DNA from: Klebsormidium nitens
Taxonomy: Eukaryota; Plantae; Klebsormidiophyceae
Length of the DNA: 64,000 nucleotides
Reading direction: 5' to 3'
Assembly (NCBI GenBank): GCA_000708835.1
Contig: DF236955.1
Span: 62,001-126,000, forward strand
The position numbers and the translations under genes are program-made. Positions 35,701 to 46,163 of this stretch are shown one piece after another; position 1 is the stretch's first letter, and every line of letters begins with the position of its first letter. The notes under the pieces are model-generated. The model worked only from the letters and a program-made list of their open reading frames with translations. It had not been told where the DNA came from and ran no database searches.

Positions 35701-37581
35701 CCGTCTCCGTTTCCTCAAGCTTTCCGGACCGCCTCTGCTTCCGCCCACTTCTGTTGCTGCCTCCGCTTGCACCTCCGGAATCTCCAGAGCCACAGGTGAC
35801 GTCAGCCCGCCCTTCAGTGGAATCTCCGGAGAGTCAGCCTTCCTCGCAACTCCCTGTCCCTCTCCCCCGTCCGCTTCTTCTTCCCCTTCGCTCTCCACCA
35901 TCCGTTTTGATTTCCTCCGCGAACTGGACGGCCCGTGCTCGCCCATAAAATCTTCTAGCTCTACACTCAACTCAGGAAGCGAGTCCCCATTCCCTTGGCC
36001 TCCCTGCACTTTCTGAAGCCGCCTGCGACTGCTCCCACATTCTTCGTCAGAACCGGTCTCCTTGCCCTCGTCCGCATCCCCCTCTTCCCCCGATTCTTTC
36101 CCCTCTTCGTCTTCTGAAACCCGCCCCGCCGCCCCACCTTCACCAACCTCAGTATCATCAATAAAATCGCTCAAGTCGTCGTCTCCCTCTTCTTCGTCAT
36201 CATCCGACCGCGCCTCCCCCCCCGCCACGAACTTGTTTCCTTTTGACTTCCGTCTTCCCCCACCTTTTGGGGTCACCCGTTCTCTTGGAATCTCTTCAAC
36301 GCTGCCGTCATCTTCGTCAGATCCGACAATGTTGCCTGGATCGGCAAACGACTCCCTCCGCTTCTGTCCCCGCCCGCTCGAAAGCCTCGCCGACTTCCTC
36401 TTTCCCCCTGCCCGAGGCTCGCTGACGTCATCCTCACTGCCGACCTGCCTCTTCCTCTTCGAGCCCCCCTCCTTGGCCCCGCTTATCCCCACTCTGGAAG
36501 GGCCTCCTTCTTCCTCGAATGATGTCACTTGCAGCTTCAAGATGTCAAAGAGCTCGTTCACAGTCACCTTCTTCCAAGGCCCTGTCTGTCCATCCTGGGG
36601 CTTTGTTTTCCACACCTTCCGGATTTGGAGCTCCCAAACAAAATCCCGGGAGGCATCCGACTCCCCGTTCCCTCCGTCCCCTTTCTTCCTTCTCCGTTTG
36701 GAGCCCTTCCCCTGGGGAGGTAGCTTTTTGCTACTGGAGCGGCTGTTTCTGCGGCTTTTTTCCATCTCTTCTTCTGAAGTGCTCTCGCTCTCAAGTTCGG
36801 AGTCCTCTTCATCGATCTCCTCGTCCTCCTCTGCAAGAGAAGAAAGTATTTGAGAACTGCCCCAGAGAACTGCATCTAAGTTACTAATGGTGATTGTTCT
36901 GTACCTTTCCAGTAAGCAGGGTAGTGCAGGAGCACGGTTTAACGAGCACAATAACAATCTATATGTTTGGCACAAAAGTTGGAGCCAATGCGCTTTCGAA
37001 TACGTTGGGACAGCTTCTAGCTTCAAACAACCCTTGAACTTAAAGCAACCATACGATCACTGCCTTCTGACTTGATCATTCCTGTGCAGCGGGATGCAAT
37101 TGCAAGCATCCAAAGCACACAGCTGGCTTCTGCCAGTGCTTTGTTCTGGCAACCGGGAGATTCTGCGTCTTTCCTGGCCCCACATACCAGTCTCGTGCAG
37201 CTAAACTTCCATTGCTTTGACGGCCACGGATGGACATAAAACCAGAATCCAGATCAAAAGTGTAGTTTGGGGGCTGATTCTCCCTGATTCCATACATGTA
37301 AGACTGAACCAGGATTTGGTGCAAGCTTATGACTTGGACTCGCTGTGTTTTCCAGCAGCAACATCACAATGTTTGGTGCAAGAATAATATTTGGACTCAG
37401 TATGTATTCCAGCAGCAACAACACAGAATTAAGGAGACTGAGTCTCGAATTCACCTTCTTCATCACTGCCAGGCTCGTATTCAGAATCGCTAGCTCCCCC
37501 GTCGCCCCGGTCGTCAGAGTCGTCATCAAGTCGTTTGCTTTTCCTTTTTCTGGCTGGTTTCTTAGGCGCCTTCCTACCCAT
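32741..37581 (-). CDS. DUF4211-containing (CCDC82-like) protein with a long acidic/basic disordered N-terminal region; exons 37581-37455, 36830-34954, 34072-33885, 33167-32741 (872 aa)
   Basis: FEMFVEYVLRTIQDPEY...LVESTAWTPEFKRALDSRPGL...CQACGRANHPSTHIMVFSG...FLVGRFCYARAMAYHALHHYKW fits the DUF4211 pattern as I recall it. NLS-like KKPARKRKSKR. Phases consistent. Confidence 0.8.
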
Positions 37582-38168
37582 CTTTGTTACAGCAGTGTCC
37601 ACTGAAAATCTGTCCCTAAGTACGGCGGGGAAATCTCACCAGGTGACACCAAAGCACTAGCTGCAAGGGTGGATAGAATGGTCAGACGTTACAGAGGAAC
37701 CAAACGGACAAGCGCCAAGGGCGCTCGTGCGGAGGTGACAGGAGGGCGTTGCTGCCCGGAGAGCCTAGCTTCAATAGCAAGCAAAATGCAGCGTGGCGGC
37801 CTCGTCATTAGATCTTCATCTACTTTTTCACTGACACCAGAACTCAATTGGAGACGCACCAAAGCAAACCGCAGGCAAGCCCTAGCTGGGCCAGTCGGCT
37901 TGCCCGCAAAGAGGGACCGTCCGAAGGGCCGGTTTCCACCCCGCTCGAGACACGGCACTATTACATTAGAGCTGGTGTCAATTTGAGTGATTAAAATTGT
38001 TCACGAAGAAGGCATTTGATCTCTGACCAGGTACTGTATAGGTAGTCAAGACAGAGTCGGCCCTGGTGCAGCCTTGAGAGGGTTTGCTGGGATTGCTAAT
38101 AGCATGGCAATGCCAAAATATGGAAACGTATTATCCTGAATTCCGCTATCGCAAAGCAGTCGCTTAGC

Positions 38169-39467
38169 ATGGCGCTGCAGCCGGATGGCGACTTCTTCCA
38201 AAGCCTTCCCGAGGCATTTCTTCTGGAAGTGTTCCACAGGCTGCGAGATGCTGAGACTGTGATGCTGGTCCGGCAGTGCTGCAGAAAAGCACGGGCGCTT
38301 GCGAGATTGGTGGAGTCTTTAGATCTTCACAGCGTGGTTCCGGGGGACAGACCGGAATGCAGGATGCTGCGTATTGCCAAGCTCGCTTGCAACATCAAAA
38401 ACCTGAGGCTGGTTGTCTACAACTCTGATATTGACAAGCCACCTCTTTCAATTGTGTTTTTGCTGAGCCTTCTAGAGCATGTGAGCGAGACACTCGTTTC
38501 GCTTGACTTCTATGCAACCAGCACAAATGACCCTAACCAGGCTTTTGACCTGCCTGTCCAGGTCTTGATCCAGCTGAGCACTTGTAAAAGGCTCAGCCGG
38601 CTCTCACTTCAAGGCATCAGTTTTACAGGCCCATTGACATGGGGTGCTGTCAAAGCTCACTTATTCACCAGCTTGACCTATTTACGACTGATCGATGGTT
38701 GCTATGAACGAACAGAGCTCCACTGTCTCCTCAGGATCTGTCCTGTGTTGGAGCACTTCGAAGTGTCGGGGCCCTGGATGGACAGCGATGACGAGTGGTC
38801 CTTCAGCGGCAACCCGAAGCTTAGAACTTTAAGCTTGAATGCAGACCCAAACTGCTCTGGTGTTGTGCAGCTTCCGAAAAGAGCAATCAGTGACTGGGTT
38901 GGGCCTGACCTCGATTGTCCACCTGCCGGCCTGACTTATCTGGAGCTGTCGTCGGCAGGAACATTCGTCACATTTCCAGACTGTGTCCGCATTCTTGACA
39001 AATCGCGTAACCTCAAGTATCTGCGCCTGCAAAGGTGCTCGCATGTCCACCCGAATGGAGAGGCCGCTAACATAGCACCACTCATTGCCAGTCTGCAGTA
39101 CCTGCGGGTTCTAGAGCTCGATGATGATCCTCTGGTGGACGCGTTGTTTGCCCTTCATAATGGGTACAATATAGAAGGGTTGTCAGCCAGCCTGTTGCCT
39201 GAGCTCAGGGAGCTGGTTGTCAGAGTACAGGCAATAGTCAGGCAACCCGTCGACCGGCTTTTGAGGTTCTTGATTCGGCTGAGGAAACTAAAAAGCTTTG
39301 TGTTGAGAGGCAAGAGGTGGAGCTCTGATCAGGAGCCTTCCTGGAAGGAGACGCTGGGGCCACTCCTTGCCATCCAGCGAACCCTGCCAAGAATCGAGTT
39401 GCGCACGGATGGTCCAGTCTACTGGCCCAAGTTCGGTAAGCCCTGGCTTCTATTTCGTTGTCTGTAG
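38169..39467 (+). CDS. Intronless F-box/LRR protein (432 aa)
   Basis: N-terminal FQSLPEAFLLEVFHRL...VRQCCRKAR F-box, then LxxLxL repeats (LSRLSLQGI, LTYLRLIDG, LEHFEVSG, LKYLRLQRC). Confidence 0.85.
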   Translation: MALQPDGDFFQSLPEAFLLEVFHRLRDAETVMLVRQCCRKARALARLVESLDLHSVVPGDRPECRMLRIAKLACNIKNLRLVVYNSDIDKPPLSIVFLLSLLEHVSETLVSLDFYATSTNDPNQAFDLPVQVLIQLSTCKRLSRLSLQGISFTGPLTWGAVKAHLFTSLTYLRLIDGCYERTELHCLLRICPVLEHFEVSGPWMDSDDEWSFSGNPKLRTLSLNADPNCSGVVQLPKRAISDWVGPDLDCPPAGLTYLELSSAGTFVTFPDCVRILDKSRNLKYLRLQRCSHVHPNGEAANIAPLIASLQYLRVLELDDDPLVDALFALHNGYNIEGLSASLLPELRELVVRVQAIVRQPVDRLLRFLIRLRKLKSFVLRGKRWSSDQEPSWKETLGPLLAIQRTLPRIELRTDGPVYWPKFGKPWLLFRCL

Positions 39468-40200
39468 GGGTCTGAGAATGTGCAAGCATGTGAAGATGAT
39501 TCGGCCAATGTGTAAAGCTGATCATTGGCAACGGCCACAATGTCTTGCTTTCCACCTGTTGTTGACTACTCTCCCGCACTGAATTCTAGGCTCATTGGTA
39601 GGTACACTGTTTCTGATTATGTATGTTCGTAACCTTTCTGGGACGTCTTTGGCATCATTCACAGGTTTATACGGTTTGTAGGCTATCGACAGCGTGCCAA
39701 AGTTCGTCGTCTCAATGAAACCTTCTTCTTGTACTGTCACTATCCCGTCACTATCCGGCTCATCGGGATGAATGATATTTCGAGCCCCTAAAGCAGTGAT
39801 CTTTCAAGAAGCTTTTCAACGAGCTGAATGGTCATTTCGCCTTGTCATGTGTGCAGATTGAGTACACGGTTGTCTCCAACATGACCTGGACATCCTAAGT
39901 GGCATAGAAGCCTGTTTACCTTTCGGCGACTGCATAATGACGTTGTCGTTGTTGCTGGTCCCCTCCAGAAACTGCAGCTACCATATACCAACGATGTCAT
40001 CCCAACGGGTATAACCATGCTTACCTGTTCACCAGAGATGATCCTCAATTTCGATCAAGATGTCTGCTCTCTCAAGCTGAGAAAGAGGAAGTAAGGTTGC
40101 ACTTCTCAGGCGCTTGACCCGCTTTGCTGTCGCAAAGCAGGTCGCGTTATACGTGACTCGGATTGAGAACGAGACCTAGGAGGTTTTAATGGGCCCGGAC

Positions 40201-40560
40201 TCTAGACATATGTGCATATAGTTGTGAAAGTAGATTGCATGATGTCAAATCTTGATTGATCTCGATCAGGTGCAATCACTCATTTTAATGCAGGCCCGCG
40301 CCGGCGGGCTAGCTAGATCTAGCTGAATATTGCACATGCATGATGCTCTTGACCCATGCCTCATGCAGACGGTCCGATTATATGCATCCAACATGACCGT
40401 CCATGTCCGATCATGCAACATCTGATAATTTCACGTACGTGCACAGACATGATAAAAGCCATGCAGCCTGCGGTATTTAAGCAGGACAAGTGCCAGGCGA
40501 CCTATGCGGCTATTCGACGCATCGGATATATTTGACATTGGCCCATGCGCATATGCATTC
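40201..40560. other. CATG/RY-rich island between the F-box and SDR 3' ends
   Basis: 11 CATG in 360 bp; core GGCCCGCGCCGGCGGGC followed by AGCTAGATCTAGCT. Confidence 0.65.
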
Positions 40561-40891
40561 GATTAAACCTAAACCGTGGGCCGCTCCAGATGAACAATTC
40601 CTAGGCGGCTCCTATGTTTGGTGCAATGTAGGCGCGGCAAGAGCACGCACACACAAGCTGTAGCAGCTATAAAGATCTCTACGGTTCATATGTACATTCA
40701 CAACTTTTGATGTGGTACTATTTGAAAAAGGTTCAGTGACCACTTCGACTACGAGCGTCAAAATGGCTCACCTCAGATTGTAGCTAAGCCATACACAAAC
40801 TTCAAACAAACCTCGCGGGCCATTCTTTTGATCTCTATTTCAGTCCAAATCCTTCCTGATGTCAAGTCTACCGGCGCCAGGCAGAATCTTA

Positions 40892-43800
40892 CTAGTCATA
40901 ACAAAGCATTTTTGTGACGCCTCCGTCCACAACAAAGTCCTGCCCGGTGATGAAGCCCGCTTTTGACTCGTCACTCAGGAAGATGCACATGTGAGCAATG
41001 TCGGCCGGTAGGCCCACCCTCCCGACCGGTTGAATTGCGTGCTCCTCTTTGGTGCGGTCGGGGTGGTAGCTCGAAGGGTCATCCCTGGGATCTGTGTCGA
41101 TCCAACCGGGGAGGACGGCATTTACACGCACTTTGCCTGCGCGGAGAACCAGAGGTTGATCGGCTGCCGGTTTGAAGATGACATTTTACATGATGAATTG
41201 ACTGTCGACCTGGTTGCAGTAACCAGGTTCGTACGTTTGTCAGGGGCATCCAACACGACCGATTGCGGCTGATGTTCGTATGGCGCGTGAATGCACCACC
41301 TTTCAGATGTTCTGAGCCCTCTGACGAAACTCTCAGGTGATCAAAAAGATGCCAGGTTGAGGGGTTAGCACAGAACGGAACCCCTCGACGGGTTCCAAAG
41401 GTTGACCAACGGTAACAATTAGTGGCCAATTGCAACTTCAGGGAGCAAAGTGCCCCGTTTTGATCAGGGTGCATCTGCACGTCCGTTTCTTTGCCGAACG
41501 AACCGTTCCTGTGCAGTCAAAACGGAAACAAGGTGTCGACACAAGGAAAGAAGCAAGAAGTGGTGTCAACGGGGAAGCGGACCGAAAAATAAACCTTGAC
41601 CTCTGCCGCTCCCAAGAGACCATTAGAACCCTCGGGTTAAACAGGGTTTTGCCACTCGCGAACTGAAAACTAGCCCCGCTCTTGCCCGCCCACGTGATAT
41701 GTAGATTCTGGCCGCAGGCAGTCTCGCAATCAGCACGTCCACGGAGTTCGAAACCCAAGTCAGTTCACTTCCACCAACAAGCTCCCGAGGCAACTCAACC
41801 ACCGAGAGCCAAATTGAAAATCTCAAAGGAGCAGAAAATTCTTAAATGGGGAGCGACCAAAGAGAGAACACCTTCTCACGACCGCACCTGCCAGCGACAT
41901 CGCCTGCGCGTGCGTGAGGCCCAGAAGCCCGGCCTTGGCCGCCGCATAGCCCTCCGTGTGCGGCTCGCTCTGCAGGGCGCGCACGCTCGACATATGGATG
42001 ACGCTCGACTGGCCGACCGGCATGTGCTCCAGCGCGTGCGCGGTGACGTTGAATGCGCCGACCAGGTTCGTGTTGATGAAGCTCGCGAACTCCTGGATGA
42101 CGTCACTCCCCTCGGCGATGTGGGGGTCCACACGGCCTGTTGGGATAGGGTCCAAAGTGAGAGGTGAGGTTTTGGGACAGATTACAATCATATCTTCGTC
42201 AGGATTCGGTTGAGCTGGGCTTGTCACGATCTTCACAGGAGTTCATTCCGTCCGATCTTTTTATGCATCAAGTCAAATACGATCGCCTGACACCTTTACT
42301 TGGAGATTTCGTAAGGCATCTCAGCGTAAGCGACGGCGCTCTTCGAAGTGCCGGCTGTTGGGCGCGGATAGTCGCCCTCATTTCTCGTCGATGTCGAAAG
42401 ACGGATTCCAAGTTATTGTACTAAGACAGATCCGAAGGTCGTTAACGTCTTATAGGCCTTCCGAAAAGCTAAAGAGGAGATGCCGCAAAAAGAGTTCATC
42501 AAAAGAAAGAAGCAGAATTTAAAGTAAGGGAAGGAACACAACGTCTGATATCACGTTCTGCTGTAGCCACCGGAACTGGACGGCTGATGGGTTGCACGAG
42601 TGACACGAAACGTTTGCGACAATCCGTTTTGACGTGGTAAAGGAGACAGCGATGACAACCATTTGCGTGCGATATGGGGACATGTCGAGCACGCTGGGTA
42701 AGACGAATTCAAAACCGGCCGTCCGATTTCGTCACCGCTTTGCGAGCTCTCATCCCACTCTTGACAATGACCGCCAACTTATTATGGTCGAGGACTTGCT
42801 AATCTGTCACTCAAAAAGTTCTGTAAGAGCTTTACGAAAGAGTGCCTTTCAGAGGAGCTTGAAGGTCAATGGGCCGTTCGTTCGACTGACCATCTTTAAA
42901 CCCACTCGACGCTTGCCTCAGGTTGAAACTTCCAGAAGTTGTGATTATTCAGGTAGGGAGAACGGGGACTTTCAACGAGGTTCGTTGGGAGCCTCGTTTA
43001 GCTGGACCCCCTCAACCGAAAGTCGACTTTGCTCAAATATGCAGTTTGATCAACCGTTGATTCCAAATGGTGACGCAGCAAAAATTCCTAATTACCGGGA
43101 ATCTGCATCGTGCTGCCACTGGTTCTGTCAAAATCGTGCAAGTTCAGGACACCCGCATTGCGAAAAAGTGACCCCTGCACCTGAAGAACGAAGGTTCTCG
43201 AACTCTCACCTGCGTTATTGATCACAACGTGAATACGGCCCCCGAGAAACTGCGCAGCGGCCTGGACCATGCTCTTCACCTCCTCCAGCCGGGTGATATC
43301 AGCTTGCTTGAAGTGGAAAGCCTCACGGTGGTTGGGGCTTGACTCGGGCTGCCTTCCTGACGGTCCCGCCACTTCAGGGCCGTTGAGCAGACCCTCCAAC
43401 GGGTCTAGTAGGCGGATGTCAGTCCCAAAGACCCGGTAGCCTTCGGCCAGGAAGGCCTTCACGAGGGTCTGCCCGATGCCTGTTTGGAGAAGCGGGACTG
43501 TATCTGTTCAACTTCGAAATCTGGAGCAAGATCGGTCAAGTCAGCCGACACAAAGCAGGGACAGCACGAGGGAAAAGTGTGATGCTCGTTGTCTTCATTG
43601 ATCAAGCTGCCGAACGGGGCTGTTGGCTGATAAATATGGGTTTTGCGGAAAGGGACAGCTGAAATAGGTGCGGGCCGCTTATCGACCTCTTTACTGCTTG
43701 TGAAGTTTCGAATCAATTTCTAAAGGCAAAGAGAATCTGATGATAACAGGGCTCTCAAATTCAGGTCAAGCAAGATTGCGACATTCCGTTTACAAAGATA

Positions 43801-43904
43801 GATTCAAGTAGCACGCAAGAGTCCCAGGACCCACCTGCCTTGTTAGCCACTCCAGTGATCAGGGCGTTCCTCCCTACCCCCGACTTTCCAACAGCCACCG
43901 CCAT
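40892..43904 (-). CDS. Classical short-chain dehydrogenase/reductase; exons 43904-43835, 43479-43210, 42136-41888, 41136-40892 (277 aa)
   Basis: ITGVANKAGIG (Rossmann), GTDI, VINNAG, SSVRALQSEPHTEGYAAAKAG (YxxxK), RVNAVLPGWID, GFITGQDFVVDGG. Three phase-1 introns. Confidence 0.92.
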
Positions 43905-45299
43905 TGTTGGTGCCGGTTGACGACAGAAACTCTGCCGTAGCTGGACAATGACTTTTAGCTATGCTCTGTGTGTTAGACCAGGATATTTGACTTTTAAGGG
44001 AATGTGCAGTGGTTTGAGGAGGCCCTAAGATCTGGTCTGGAACGAGACTGGACACCAAGTCCATTCATGAAGAAGTTCGTTGCAGGTGGAGGAAGCTGGC
44101 TGCATGCTTTACCAACCTGCACGAGACCAAACATTATGATTAGCGGCACTCAAACTTTATCAGGGACACGTAGCAAAGATATCATGCCTGATACAGTCAA
44201 AGAGCGCCAGCTTGAAAGCACTTGGAATTGATCTAGAAACATTTCCCACAGCCAGTACTCCTGCGACTCAGACCCCCAGGACGGCCTGTACCACCATTCC
44301 TGGCATGACTGCACCGCTACTTGCAGGCATGGTATCACAGTGATAGATTGTCTTGAAACTCTTTCTCGCTGAAAGCAGTCAGGGCATCAACACAGTCGGG
44401 ACTTTGAGTGGCAAGAGTGCTCGGTTGGGGAAGATGACTGGTTGAATTAGACGGTTAATCGAACTCCACCAGGACTTCAAGCTTAGAACGGACAGGAAAT
44501 CGAACGACGAGAGGCGCCGTACATCTGCCACGAATCTGCCCTCAGGCATAGCACTGGCGGAACTGATCAGTTTGGCTTTTAAAGATCTTCAAGATTTAAA
44601 TTGCCCCCAAGCTTGAAAAATCCGGTTTGACTCACCAATTTCACAGCATTGCATGAGGACCACCTTGACGTCACTCCAACGCACTATCAAAGCCGTGAGC
44701 GGAGCTCAGGCTTCGCGACAGCTGAGACCCAGAGCAAAGGAGTAGTGTGGTGACCCTGCGCTGATTGCAAGTGAGCTGATGAAGGAGCCTTGTCCACGCC
44801 AATTCCAGCAAAGGCTTGGCCACAACCCGCAGTTTTTGAAGCGTCCGGTTCATTTGAAAGCGAGATATCTGCAACGAAACTTCCTGTCGCCACTTCTCTT
44901 TTGGGGTGCCAAAATGTAGGAGCGGACATCATCTATCTGAACAGGGTGCTCATTTCATGTTCTGCTTTTAAGGGCACACAGGCACGATCTTACGGGGATC
45001 TTACGTGCAATGAACAGACTGATTTTGCACTGGAGCCCCTCCTCAACCAACCAATGTTGCGAATGGGTAGGACGACGCGCTGCAGAATGCTGGAATCTTT
45101 TGCCAGCTCTGCTGCGATTTGCAACAGCTGCTGCGCAATGTGTAACTAGAGACGGCAAAAGATGACCGCAGTCAAATGATGGTAACGGCTGGCACCTTTA
45201 GCTCAGTCACGTACTAGCTGAGTCGAGTCCGATTGTTTCGACTCAGAGGGGTGACGCAGCCGCGTGCGCCGCACCCCCCCAGGAGGGAAGTGTAACCAG

Positions 45300-45415
45300 T
45301 GTGACGTGTCGGGATCACTCCTCGCAGGGTTCTGAAGCGCGGTGCACGGTACGTACCACATAATACCTATATTAACGGACGTGACTGCTTGACTTCCCAC
45401 GTGCAGGACCAATGG
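45300..45415. promoter_or_regulatory. ACGT-core (ABRE/G-box-like) motifs in the SDR / fucosyltransferase divergent region
   Basis: ACGTGTC at 45304, GACGTG at ~45378, CACGTG at 45398, CCAAT nearby. Short motifs that could be chance. Confidence 0.25.
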
Positions 45416-46163
45416 CCGGAGACGTCCACCGGGCTGGTTTACTTTAAAGATTAGGCTACCGGTGGATCCTACCGGTCAAAGGATGAAATCCAGCTTGTGG
45501 TGTCATGGGTGGTCACTTCCCGCACGACTTTACCGTTACCACTCAACGGCGACTCCGGTGGGCGACTCGAGTCTTGGCATCGCGTGTCAGAAAGTCGCTG
45601 CAAGGGGAGCCGCGCTCAGCCGCCTCCTGCGGGATGCTGTCTGATTGACACTGACTCTGACTGCCAACAAGTCCCTGTCACGTCTCAGACCGCACAATAT
45701 CTGACGACGGTGACGTGTGTCAGGATCGAGCGGGAGAAGCCCGAGAAGAGCTCGCATTTTCAGGGCGGCTGCAATCTTTCTCAGTTTCTGTGGCAGCATT
45801 GCAATCTCATTGCAACTTTGGGAGGCTTGCAGGAGTTGTGCAGGGTGGTGACTTTTGCAGGAAGAGTGCTCAATCACATGCAATTTCAAGGCCATAGACC
45901 CGCCTCATTGTTGGTGCTTTTGGAGTCCGAATGCTAGGTTTAGTAGCGGGAACGTTTCGTGAGTCGGAGATCTTCTCCTGTGCCTGGGTTGTCCTGCATT
46001 GGCGAGGGTCTGCGGTAACTTACTCTCCAACTAAGCTGTAGGAAGCAAAGGCTTGTTCCTCAAGGTTGCTGATTCCCAATGTGCCCTGTCAGAAGCAGCA
46101 CGAGGGGCCGGAGCCTGTTGCATTTGCAGACCGGATGAGCGTTCCGCTTCATGACGCAGCTTC

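Noticed and set aside
35325-36853. Several Ser/Pro-rich plus-strand ORFs (up to 263 aa)
   Set aside because: Antisense shadows of the acidic DUF4211-gene exon.
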